A DNA stretch of 64,000 nucleotides, from contig CAYOPG010000001.1 in NCBI GenBank assembly GCA_964405775.1, positions 4,276-68,275 on the forward strand. Direction: 5' to 3'. The notes under the pieces are model-generated. The model saw only the letters and a program-made list of their open reading frames with translations. It made no database searches and was not told the DNA's origin. Below, in pieces: positions 41,203 to 49,591 of this stretch; position 1 is the first letter of the stretch; every line of letters begins with the position of its first letter. Origin of the DNA: an uncultured Lentisphaerales bacterium (lineage in GTDB: Bacteria > Verrucomicrobiota > Kiritimatiellia > RFP12 > UBA3636). A program made the translations under genes and the position numbers.

Positions 41203-41544
41203 ATGGGAATGAACCGGATTGACGGTCGAAAGGACTGGGTGGACATCCGCAAAGACGACGCCCATGTGGCGCGCGAACGCGAAAAGGCGCGCGAACTTAG
41301 AAAGAGCCAATGGTGGAAAGCCCGTCTGGCAGAAGGCAAATGCCACTATTGCGGAGGTTCGTTCAGGCCGGAAGAGCTGACTATGGATCATGTGATCCCT
41401 GTAGCGCGCGGCGGGAACTCTGTGAAAAGCAACGTTGTGCCTGCATGCGAAAAGTGCAACAAAACAAAAAAACACTTGACGCCAGTGGAGCAGATTCTAA
41501 ACGAAATGGAAGCATCCGGCGAACTATCACCGGCGAATGAATAA
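41203..41544 (+). CDS. small HNH endonuclease
   Basis: CHYCGGSF...DHVIPVARGGNSVKSNVVPACEKCNKTK: HNH motif with a Cys4 zinc finger. Confidence 0.85.
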   Translation: MGMNRIDGRKDWVDIRKDDAHVAREREKARELRKSQWWKARLAEGKCHYCGGSFRPEELTMDHVIPVARGGNSVKSNVVPACEKCNKTKKHLTPVEQILNEMEASGELSPANE

Positions 41545-41561
41545 TTGGAGCAAGAGATAAA

Positions 41562-43157
41562 ATGAGAGTTATTCAATGCGATTATCTGGTAGTCGGGAGC
41601 GGGATGGCGGGACTCTCCGCAGCGCGCAATTTATCGAAGCATGGCGAAGTGCTCGTGGTGACGAAAAAAGAGAAGTGGGAGTCCAACACCAACTACGCGC
41701 AAGGCGGCATAGCCTGCGTCATGCTGGAAGACGATTCCTTCGAGATGCACATCGCCGACACTCTCGATGCCGGTGCCGGGTTATGCGACGAGGACGTCGT
41801 TCGCGAGATCGTGAGCGCCGCGCCGGCGCGCATTCAGGAACTGCGCGACATTGGCATGAAGTTCACCGAACGTACGGACACCCTAAATGGAGAACTTGAC
41901 CTCGGGCGCGAAGGAGGCCACTCGAAAAGGCGCATCCTGCACGCTGGCGACATCACGGGCAGGCACATGGAGGAAGTGCTGCTAAAGAACGTCGCCAAAA
42001 ACAAGAAAATCACCATGATGGAGCACACCATGGCGATAGACCTTGTGACGCGCGAAATCAAGGGCAAAACCTCCTGTGTCGGTTGCTATATGCTTGACAC
42101 CAAATCAGGCGAGATTTTCGCAGTCCGCGCGCCATACACAATACTTGCTGCCGGCGGTGCCGGCAAGGTTTACCTCTACACAACAAATCCGGACGTCGCC
42201 ACAGCCGGTGGCATCTCAATAGCATGGCGAGCAGGGGCTGAAATCCGCAACATGGAGTTCGTACAGTTCCATCCCACGTGCCTATACCACCCCGAGGCGA
42301 AAAACTTTCTCATCAGCGAAGCAGTTCGCGGCGAAGGCGCACAGCTTGTCAATGCCGACGGCAGTCCGTTCATGTGGAGATACGATAAGCGCGGCCCCCT
42401 CGCCCCTCGCGACATTGTCGCCAGAGCGATTGACCACGAAATGAAGACGCACGGCATCGAGTGCGTATATCTCGACATTCGCCACAAGGGCAAAGAATTT
42501 CTTCTCAAGCGCTTCCCCAACATATACGAGAAATGCAAATCTTTCGGCATCGACATGGCCACGGATCTTATTCCCGTAGTCCCTGCGGCGCACTACTGCT
42601 GCGGAGGGGTCAAGACAACAGTCGATGGACTCACCAACATCCCCGGTCTGCTGGCTATCGGGGAAACGGCAAGCACCGGACTCCACGGAGCCAACCGCCT
42701 TGCCAGCAACTCGCTTCTTGAAGCGGCGGTCTGCGCCCACAACGCCGCGGAATGGATCGCTGCGCATCCACGCAAGGCCGATATATCCGAGATAGAGATC
42801 CCCGCATGGGTATACGGCGACGCAGTACCGAGCGATGAAAAAGTCGTCGTCTCGCACAACTGGGAAGAAGTGCGGACCTGCATGTGGGACTATGTCGGCA
42901 TCGTTCGCACGGATAAGCGTCTTGACCGAGCCTTGACGCGAATAGCCAACATTCGCCGCGAAATTCATCAATATTACTTCGACTATCTGGTAACCCTTGA
43001 AACACTTGAACTTCGCAATATTGCCGACGCCGCATACCTTATTGTAAAGTCCGCACAGCACCGCAAGGAAAGCCGAGGGCTGCACTACACGCTCGACCAC
43101 CCCAATCTGCTGTCCTACGTGGAAGACACCGTAATACAAAGAGACGCGGCTGTTTGA
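41562..43157 (+). CDS. nadB: L-aspartate oxidase
   Basis: DYLVVGSGMAGLSAA FAD motif. Flavoprotein motif HYCCGGV. 531 aa. Confidence 0.92.
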   Translation: MRVIQCDYLVVGSGMAGLSAARNLSKHGEVLVVTKKEKWESNTNYAQGGIACVMLEDDSFEMHIADTLDAGAGLCDEDVVREIVSAAPARIQELRDIGMKFTERTDTLNGELDLGREGGHSKRRILHAGDITGRHMEEVLLKNVAKNKKITMMEHTMAIDLVTREIKGKTSCVGCYMLDTKSGEIFAVRAPYTILAAGGAGKVYLYTTNPDVATAGGISIAWRAGAEIRNMEFVQFHPTCLYHPEAKNFLISEAVRGEGAQLVNADGSPFMWRYDKRGPLAPRDIVARAIDHEMKTHGIECVYLDIRHKGKEFLLKRFPNIYEKCKSFGIDMATDLIPVVPAAHYCCGGVKTTVDGLTNIPGLLAIGETASTGLHGANRLASNSLLEAAVCAHNAAEWIAAHPRKADISEIEIPAWVYGDAVPSDEKVVVSHNWEEVRTCMWDYVGIVRTDKRLDRALTRIANIRREIHQYYFDYLVTLETLELRNIADAAYLIVKSAQHRKESRGLHYTLDHPNLLSYVEDTVIQRDAAV

Positions 43158-43223
43158 CATTTTAGACCTGTATTCGGAGCAACAGACTCAGCTGCATCCT
43201 GACATGTCGAATAACATGGGGAC

Positions 43224-43260
43224 ACAAAAAAGGCGCCGTAGTTTGAACTACAGCGCCTTG
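43224..43260 (-). terminator. rho-independent terminator (minus-strand orientation; possibly bidirectional)
   Basis: AAGGCGCCGTAG-tttgaa-CTACAGCGCCTT with an A6 run on the plus side (a T-run on the minus strand). Confidence 0.6.
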
Positions 43261-43283
43261 TTCTCTTGTAGGTCTAACCCAAA

Positions 43284-43388
43284 TTAGAACTTAGCTGTAA
43301 CTTCGAAGCGCAGGAATGTGGCGGTGTCTTCTGTCGTGTCGTAGTAATCGCCGTAGTCCAACATTTCGCCCAGCACCGCTCCGCCGAG
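43284..43388 (-). pseudogene. 3'-terminal remnant (34 codons) of an outer-membrane beta-barrel gene
   Basis: Minus-strand frame reads LGGAVLGEMLDYGDYYDTTEDTATFLRFEVTAKF* with the classic OMP C-terminal ...AKF. An in-frame TAG lies immediately upstream. The terminator above follows it. Confidence 0.45.
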
Positions 43389-43603
43389 CTAGAGTCTGTA
43401 AAAGCGGCCCGCCAGCCGATCCTCGATGCAATCAAGCAGTTCGAAGCAGAGTTAGACGGCATGAAGGCCTCCCCTGAAAAACGAGAACTCCGTGCTGAGT
43501 ATAAACATACACGCCAGCTTATCTCAGAGCTACTTGGCCCAATACCTGGTGATCCGACGCCTATTTTGATGCGCTTGGCCAAGGAACCAAAGTTAAACGT
43601 CTC

Positions 43604-44737
43604 GTGTTGCCAAAAACCAGCCACCTTGCAACGCTTGCAACAGCGCTGAACGAGGCTGCCGACAAGCTTGATGAACGAATGAAATCAATGGAGGAGACGA
43701 AGGCGTTTTCCGACACTGTACTTTCAAACATCCCGAGCGGCATCATAACTCTGGACGACGAACTCAATGTCACAATGTACAACGAGGCGGCGGCATACAT
43801 GATGGGATTCACCTCCCCAATACCAACTCCAAACCTAAAGACAGCAAGGATTCAAGATCTCGAACTCATAAAAATCGTCTACGACACCATGAAGACCAAG
43901 TCCCCAGTACGCGGAGAATTCAAGCAAGGTGCCACGGGCAAGAAAGTCATGGACGTTTTCTCGACCACGATGTCTGACTCTAGTGGCAATACCTCGGGGG
44001 TACTCCTGCTCATATCGGACTTGACTACTGTGCGAAGGCTTGAAACTATAAGGCAGGATTTCGTGGGCAACGTGGCGCACGAGTTGCGTACGCCCGTAAC
44101 TTCTATAAGCGGCTTCGCGGAGTTGCTTGGCCGCACAACCCACGACGAACACGGGAAAATCACCCGTTACTCAGCCATAATTCTGCGCCAGGCAAAACAC
44201 ATGGAGACTATAATAAACGACCTCCTATTGCTGGCCAGCCTGGACGACTCCGCCGGTACTGCCATAGAGCAGAAAACCGTAGTCTCAATCAGACAGACGA
44301 TAGATAATGCTGTGGAGCTTTGCGGCGAGCGCGTAGGAATGGAACAAGTAAAGCTCACAGTGCACTGTCCGGACACTCTTGAAGCGACGATACATCAGGG
44401 ACTAATGGAACAGGCAATTGTGAACCTCATTGAAAATGCCGTCAAATACGGTGTAACCCAGAGCAGCGACAAAATCGAAATCTCTGCTGCGAAAGCAGAC
44501 GATGGCACTGTCGAGATCAATGTTACGGATTATGGGAACGGCATACCTGCTGAGCAACAGGAACGCATATTTGAACGATTCTACCGCATCGACAAAGGTC
44601 GTACGCGTGAGAACGGCGGCACGGGATTGGGTCTCTCCATTGTTAAACACATAATGCGTCTACACGCAGGCACGGTTTTTGTGGTCAGCAAACGCGAAGT
44701 CTCAACAACATTCACGCTCAAGTTTCCCAAGGGATGA
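43604..44737 (+). CDS. PhoR-like sensor histidine kinase (PAS-HisKA-HATPase) lacking a transmembrane region
   Basis: PAS (SNIPSGIITLDDELNVTMYNEAA). H-box HELRTPVTSISGFAELL. N/G boxes (NLIENAVKYG..., GGTGLGLSIVKH). GTG start; only ~30 aa precede the PAS domain. Confidence 0.85.
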   Translation: MLPKTSHLATLATALNEAADKLDERMKSMEETKAFSDTVLSNIPSGIITLDDELNVTMYNEAAAYMMGFTSPIPTPNLKTARIQDLELIKIVYDTMKTKSPVRGEFKQGATGKKVMDVFSTTMSDSSGNTSGVLLLISDLTTVRRLETIRQDFVGNVAHELRTPVTSISGFAELLGRTTHDEHGKITRYSAIILRQAKHMETIINDLLLLASLDDSAGTAIEQKTVVSIRQTIDNAVELCGERVGMEQVKLTVHCPDTLEATIHQGLMEQAIVNLIENAVKYGVTQSSDKIEISAAKADDGTVEINVTDYGNGIPAEQQERIFERFYRIDKGRTRENGGTGLGLSIVKHIMRLHAGTVFVVSKREVSTTFTLKFPKG

Positions 44738-44750
44738 TTGAGTTAGCAGC

Positions 44751-44815
44751 TTTATCACAGCACAGCAAACAGACTGGCATTCCTAACAAAAAACTAACGC
44801 GATGTTTATCACAGC
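44751..44815. promoter_or_regulatory. two identical 11-mers TTTATCACAGC (reverse complement GCTGTGATAAA, Pho-box-like) 54 bp apart upstream of pstS
   Basis: 44751-44761 and 44805-44815. Reverse complement resembles the CTGTCATAAA half-site of the Pho box. Confidence 0.4.
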
Positions 44816-44890
44816 CTAGCGTCCGTATTGTTTAATATGCGGCAACCCAGCAAAAGGCGGGCAACAACAAATCAACAAAGGGCAAACAAT

Positions 44891-45820
44891 ATGAACAAAT
44901 CAATCAACAAGACAATACTCACAGCTGCAGCCGCTGCTAGCATAATGCTAAGCGCTGGAGCGGCAGAACAGAAACTCACTCTCGACGGCTCCACCACCGT
45001 GGGACCGATCGCCAAGGCTTTCGCGGAATACATGATGGGGCAAGACAAGGAAGTCAATATCACGGTCAGCGAATCAGGTAGCGGCAACGGCGCAAAAGCG
45101 CTTCTAAACGGAACATGCGACATTGCGACTCTCTCCCGCGACCTGAAGAGTTCAGAAAAAGAAGCCATGGAAGCCAAGGGCGTAACGCCCGTTAAGCACG
45201 TGTGCGCACTCGACGCTTTGCCCGTCATCGTCCACCAGTCCAATAAAGTTAAAGGCCTCACTATAGAGCAGATCCGCGATATATACACTGGCAAGATCAC
45301 AAACTGGAAGGAAGTCGGCGGATTCGACAAGAAAATCGTCGTCATCAGCCGTGACACGAACAGTGGCACGTACGAGACCTTCTCGGAAATCGTCGTTGGG
45401 AAAGACAACAAGGTTGTTTCCAGCGCGGAATACACGGGAAGCAACGGTGCCGTGCGCCAGCGCGTACAGACAACCGAAGGCGCAATTGGATACGTCGGCC
45501 TAGGTTTCGCTGACAGCACAATAAAGGTACTCGAAGTCAATGGCGTCAAGCCCTCCGTCGAGACGGTGTTCAGCAAGAAGTACCCCATCAGCCGCGAACT
45601 GTACATGTTCACTAACGGCGAACCAAAAGAAGGTTCACTGGCGGCTCGCTACCTCGCCCTCATCACCTCAGAAGAAGGCTCGGAAATGGTTGAGGAAATT
45701 GGGTATATTTCCATGACTGCCGGCGCCAAGAAGGCGGCAACCGAAGCGACCTGCCCCAAATGCGGCACAAAGTTCCCTGTTGACTCCAAAGAGACCGCAG
45801 AGGTCAAAGAAACCAAATAA
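44891..45820 (+). CDS. pstS: phosphate ABC transporter substrate-binding protein PstS family (orphan)
   Basis: Signal peptide MNKSINKTILTAAAAASIMLSAGAA. LTLDGSTTVGPIA...SESGSGNGAKAL...ATLSRDL...VISRDTNSGTYETF. ATG at 44891. Confidence 0.88.
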   Translation: MNKSINKTILTAAAAASIMLSAGAAEQKLTLDGSTTVGPIAKAFAEYMMGQDKEVNITVSESGSGNGAKALLNGTCDIATLSRDLKSSEKEAMEAKGVTPVKHVCALDALPVIVHQSNKVKGLTIEQIRDIYTGKITNWKEVGGFDKKIVVISRDTNSGTYETFSEIVVGKDNKVVSSAEYTGSNGAVRQRVQTTEGAIGYVGLGFADSTIKVLEVNGVKPSVETVFSKKYPISRELYMFTNGEPKEGSLAARYLALITSEEGSEMVEEIGYISMTAGAKKAATEATCPKCGTKFPVDSKETAEVKETK

Positions 45821-45846
45821 GCTGGAAAAGCATTAAAGAGTCCAAC

Positions 45847-45884
45847 AAGCGGCGGCAGGCGTTAAAACGCCAGCCGCCTTTTTA
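45847..45884 (+). terminator. rho-independent terminator after pstS
   Basis: AGCGGCGGCAGGCG-ttaaaa-CGCCAGCCGCCT followed by TTTTT. Confidence 0.7.
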
Positions 45885-46007
45885 ATTAAGACTTGGATGC
45901 GCAGGGAGAGAGATAGCAGGACAGACTCCCCAGCACCTTGCGCCAATTGCCAGCATTATGTAATTGGCGGCTGACTCAGCGCAAAGAGGAGTAGCTCAGC
46001 CACATGC

Positions 46008-46847
46008 CTAATTCCGAAGTTTTTTCAGGAGAGCTATTTCCTCAGCATACCCATCTAATTCGTTGGGCGTTTCAAGATAGAACGGGAGATCACGCAACTT
46101 GGGATGATTTATAATACGTGCTAGCACTTCGATCCCCAGCGTCCCCTCCCCGATCTTTTCATGACGGTCTTTGTGCGATGAAGGTGGGTTTTTACTGTCG
46201 TTAACATGCATCGCCTTGACCCTGTCCAGACCAACAATTCGATCAAACATATCGAGCACGCCGTCCAGATCTCCTATTATATCGTAGCCGGCATCGGACA
46301 TATGGCATGTGTCCATGCACACGCCAATCTTATCCTTCAACTCAACGCCATCGATTATCCTGCGGAGCTCCTCGAAAGTTCCACCGATCTCCGAGCCCTT
46401 GCCAGACATGGTTTCCAGCAGAACAATAGTTTTGTGCTCGGGCTTGAGTATGGCGTTCAACACGCCGCATATCAGCGTTATGCCGTCGTCCACCCCCTGA
46501 CCCACATGACTGCCGGGATGGAAGTTGTACATAGCACTTGGAATATGTTGAAGTCGCGCCATATCGTCCGCCATCGTCTCCAAGGCGAATTCCCTCACAC
46601 GCAAATCCTTGGAGCATGGGTTTATTGTGTAAGACGCATGAGCAAGCGGCGGTCCGAATTCATTTTTCTTTGCGATGTCGATATACTCTGCCACGTCCGC
46701 GGGATCCATGGTTTTCGCAGCACCGCCACGCGGATTACGAGTGAAGTACTGGAACACGTTGGCGCCGATTGAAAGGGCGTCTCTCGCCATTCCTGAATAG
46801 CCGCCAGACGTTGATAAATGACACCCGATATAAAACCTATTATCCAT
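46008..46847 (-). CDS. nfo: endonuclease IV (AP endonuclease family 2)
   Basis: [17 protein letters not shown]...NFHPGSHVG..., TIM-barrel AP endonuclease motifs. 279 aa. Confidence 0.9.
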   Translation of the reverse strand: MDNRFYIGCHLSTSGGYSGMARDALSIGANVFQYFTRNPRGGAAKTMDPADVAEYIDIAKKNEFGPPLAHASYTINPCSKDLRVREFALETMADDMARLQHIPSAMYNFHPGSHVGQGVDDGITLICGVLNAILKPEHKTIVLLETMSGKGSEIGGTFEELRRIIDGVELKDKIGVCMDTCHMSDAGYDIIGDLDGVLDMFDRIVGLDRVKAMHVNDSKNPPSSHKDRHEKIGEGTLGIEVLARIINHPKLRDLPFYLETPNELDGYAEEIALLKKLRN

Positions 46848-46856
46848 ATAATCACC

Positions 46857-47357
46857 TCAACTGTTTTTCTTATGTAAACCGCTGTAAACGTACCTCAGCT
46901 CCATGGGGAACACGTTTTTGAAATGTCTGATCACGGGAGGTTCGTGTGAACCCATTTCACCTACGACCTCAATAAGATCGAATCTAAAGGGCTTTGGAGG
47001 AAGCCGTTTCATGTATTTAGCAGCCGCTCTGCAAAGCGCGTGGCGCTTGCGCTTGTCGAGCGCTGCCTTGCCGCCGCCGAACCAATCAGACCGCCGCGTC
47101 TTGACTTCGACAAATACGATCATCTCCACTCCGCCACCAACGTCACAGGCCGCCACCAAATCTATTTCATCGCGTCTCATCCGAACGCGCTTGCCGAGGA
47201 TCTTGTAGCCTTCGTTGCGCAGCGTTTCGGCTGCCATCTCTTCTCCCCACTCTCCTGTACGGTGAGTCTCCGGCAGATCATCTCCGCTTGCCGTGGCAGG
47301 GTTCACACCCTTCCACTTTCCACGGAAAGTTTTAAGAAGATCTTCGAGTTTCATCAC
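46857..47357 (-). CDS. yraN: YraN family (UPF0102) predicted endonuclease
   Basis: GEWGEEMAAETLRNEGYKILGKRVRMRRDEIDLVA...IVFVEVKTRRS...FRFDLIEV. Confidence 0.75.
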   Translation of the reverse strand: MMKLEDLLKTFRGKWKGVNPATASGDDLPETHRTGEWGEEMAAETLRNEGYKILGKRVRMRRDEIDLVAACDVGGGVEMIVFVEVKTRRSDWFGGGKAALDKRKRHALCRAAAKYMKRLPPKPFRFDLIEVVGEMGSHEPPVIRHFKNVFPMELRYVYSGLHKKNS

Positions 47358-47409
47358 CGCTATAAAAAGTCTGAACGTAAGAGCCGGGGGCGCTGTTACT
47401 CCGGGAATC

Positions 47410-48816
47410 TCACTTGCCGTTGGCGTCTATCCCGTATTTTTTAATCAGCCTTTGCAGGTAGGCGCGTTCAATGTCAGCCTCGCGAGCAGACTTCGAAATG
47501 TTGCCGTCGTTGCGTTTCAAGAGCTTCATTATGTACTTGCGCTCAAACTCATCGACCAGCTCCGCCTTCTCCTCCTTGAAAGGACGGCTCCCTACGGCGG
47601 GTTCATCACTTAGCACACCGGATTGGGGTTGGGATTGCCGCTGCGAAGTCCGCCCTATCCCGCCGGAGTAAAGCACTGACGTTAGGTCTATCGGCCGCGA
47701 GGGGCTGTAGAACGCTCGGTCGATCAAGTTGCGAAGTTCCCGCACGTTGCCAGGCCATTCGTGGCGGCGAAGCGACTCCATAGAAACGTCGAATTCGGCG
47801 ATTTCTTCCAGCGCGTCCGCTCCGTGCAGATCCGCAACAAACTTCCTCGCCAAGAGCGGAATATCTTCAGTGCGGTTGCGTAAAGGCGGAAGTTCGATGT
47901 TGACGACGGCAAGCCTGTAAAAAAGATCCTCGCGGAAACGCCCTTCCGAAACTTCCAAATCCATGTCTCGGTTTGTGGCGCAAATTATTCGTACATCGAT
48001 TTTCTTGACGGTGTTTGTGCCGACGCGGCGGATTTCACGTTTCTCCAGCACGCGCAGAAGTTTGGGCTGGAGCTCTGGAGCAAGATCCCCGACTTCATCT
48101 AGGAACACGGTTCCCCCATTCGCGTGCTCGAAAGCACCGGGGCGATCCGACGCCGCGCCCGTAAAAGCGCCTTTTACATGGCCGAAGAGTTCGCTTTCAA
48201 TTAGGTCTTTTGCCAGCGCGGCGCAATCGATGACAACAAATGGCTTGTCTGCTCTCGCACTGTGGCGGTGTATCTCCTCCGCCATTATTTCTTTGCCGGT
48301 CCCCGTCTCTCCGGTTAACATAATAGACGCGTCAGTAGGCGAATAAGTCTCTGCGATGTAGAAAATGCGGCGCATGGCGAGACTGCTGCCGACTACGGCA
48401 CCAAAGCTGTCCGACGGGCTCAACTGCAGCTCACGAGCCTCCTGCAACGGAGAAAACACAAGATTCGTGCTGCCGAGCTGCAATTCAGCGCCTGGATTAA
48501 GATAGGCGTTGGAAATACGAACCCCGTTTACTGCCGTGCCGTTCGTGCTGTTCAGATCCACAATCGTGTAGCCATGCTCATCGGCCCTTATTTCACAGTG
48601 CCTACGCGAAACTGATGGATCTTCAAGCTGCAGATCAACGTTTTTCCCCGTTCCTATTGAAAACACGTCCTTATCAACTGGGAACTTTCTACCACCGAGG
48701 GGACCAGTCGTCACCAGCAACTCTGTTTTTCTGACGCGCACCGGCGCGCCTTTACCTTGTGATAGCACCACAAGCGTCTGCGCCAACGATGATCGGTTTG
48801 AAGAAGAAGAAGACAT
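47410..48816 (-). CDS. sigma-54-dependent transcriptional activator with N-terminal FHA domain (FHA-AAA+-HTH)
   Basis: FHA domain (SIGTGKNVDLQLEDPSVSRRHCEI...GYTIVDLNSTNGTAVNG). AAA+ sigma-54 interaction domain (GETGTGKEIMAEEIH, GAFTGA, ESELFGH). C-terminal Fis-type HTH. Confidence 0.88.
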   Translation of the reverse strand: MSSSSSNRSSLAQTLVVLSQGKGAPVRVRKTELLVTTGPLGGRKFPVDKDVFSIGTGKNVDLQLEDPSVSRRHCEIRADEHGYTIVDLNSTNGTAVNGVRISNAYLNPGAELQLGSTNLVFSPLQEARELQLSPSDSFGAVVGSSLAMRRIFYIAETYSPTDASIMLTGETGTGKEIMAEEIHRHSARADKPFVVIDCAALAKDLIESELFGHVKGAFTGAASDRPGAFEHANGGTVFLDEVGDLAPELQPKLLRVLEKREIRRVGTNTVKKIDVRIICATNRDMDLEVSEGRFREDLFYRLAVVNIELPPLRNRTEDIPLLARKFVADLHGADALEEIAEFDVSMESLRRHEWPGNVRELRNLIDRAFYSPSRPIDLTSVLYSGGIGRTSQRQSQPQSGVLSDEPAVGSRPFKEEKAELVDEFERKYIMKLLKRNDGNISKSAREADIERAYLQRLIKKYGIDANGK

Positions 48817-48907
48817 GGCGAAAGATTATACCGTTCCTGGCGAATTCACGCAAGGAAGGACTTGGCCATTTAACTTGCAAATCACCTTCAAACAGCGTGC
48901 TGCCGTT

Positions 48908-49474
48908 CTAGGCTCGCGACATGAACTTGCCTGTTCGGGTGTCGACGCGCACGACCTCGTCACCTTCAATATACTCAGGCACTAGGATTCGAAGACCGGT
49001 CTCGAGAATAGCGTTCTTCTGGCGCGCCGTCGCACTCGCGGCTTTCATTGCAGGATCGCATTGTGTGATTTTTAAATTCACAGAAGGCGGCAGCTCTATT
49101 GCCAGCACTTTCCCCTCTGAGAGCAACGCGTTGATATTCTCCATACCCTCAACAAGATACGGTCCCTGTTCCTCAATGTCCTCTTTGAGCAAGACAAACT
49201 GTGAAAAGTCTTCCGTATCCATAAAAGTGAACTCGTCTTTGTCTGTGAAGAGAAACTGAACAGGACGCTTTTCAAAGTCGATGGGCGGATACATTTCATC
49301 GCCCTTCACGTTGTGGTCGACCTTGTTCTGAGTTACGAGGTTCCTGAACCTCATGTGGTATATGCTTGCCGCACCACGTGCGCTCGGAGTGCTCTTCCGT
49401 AATTCCTCCAACATGTGCGGTTCGCCATCTATCGCGACTATGTCGCCCTTCCCCAATTCGCTTGCCTTCGGCAT
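48908..49474 (-). CDS. efpL: elongation factor P-like protein (YeiP/EfpL family paralog)
   Basis: MPKASELGKGD...STPSARGAASIYHMRF...FMDTEDF...ATARQKNAILETGLRILVPEY. Matches the YeiP pattern with Arg rather than Lys in the beta3-beta4 loop. Confidence 0.8.
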   Translation of the reverse strand: MPKASELGKGDIVAIDGEPHMLEELRKSTPSARGAASIYHMRFRNLVTQNKVDHNVKGDEMYPPIDFEKRPVQFLFTDKDEFTFMDTEDFSQFVLLKEDIEEQGPYLVEGMENINALLSEGKVLAIELPPSVNLKITQCDPAMKAASATARQKNAILETGLRILVPEYIEGDEVVRVDTRTGKFMSRA

Positions 49475-49591
49475 AAAAATCCAGTCCCTCGCTTAAAAAT
49501 GCTTAAATTAAAGCTATCATTATAAACCAATTGCTAACGGCGATGGAAGCGCAAAAAAAAACAATTCACCCTTTCCCGGTATGTCGCAAGA

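Noticed and set aside
42282-43160. 292-aa minus-strand ORF inside nadB, plus the nested ORFs at 42593..42883 and 42655..43035
   Set aside because: Antisense to L-aspartate oxidase with clear FAD motifs. Arg-rich, low-complexity translation typical of spurious antisense frames.
43274-43624. 116-aa minus-strand ORF in the nadB-kinase gap as called by the ORF track
   Set aside because: The listed frame has no features. The meaningful signal is a different minus-strand frame: the 34-codon OMP C-terminal remnant at 43284-43388, reported as a pseudogene.
44872-45612. 246-aa minus-strand ORF over pstS
   Set aside because: Antisense to a PstS-family binding protein that has a signal peptide and conserved phosphate-binding motifs.
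48908-49474. Initial idea that this is an Arg-type canonical EF-P implying an EarP rhamnosylation system nearby
   Set aside because: Full-length comparison fits the YeiP/EfpL paralog subfamily better, and no glycosyltransferase or dTDP-rhamnose genes are adjacent. Reported as EfpL instead.
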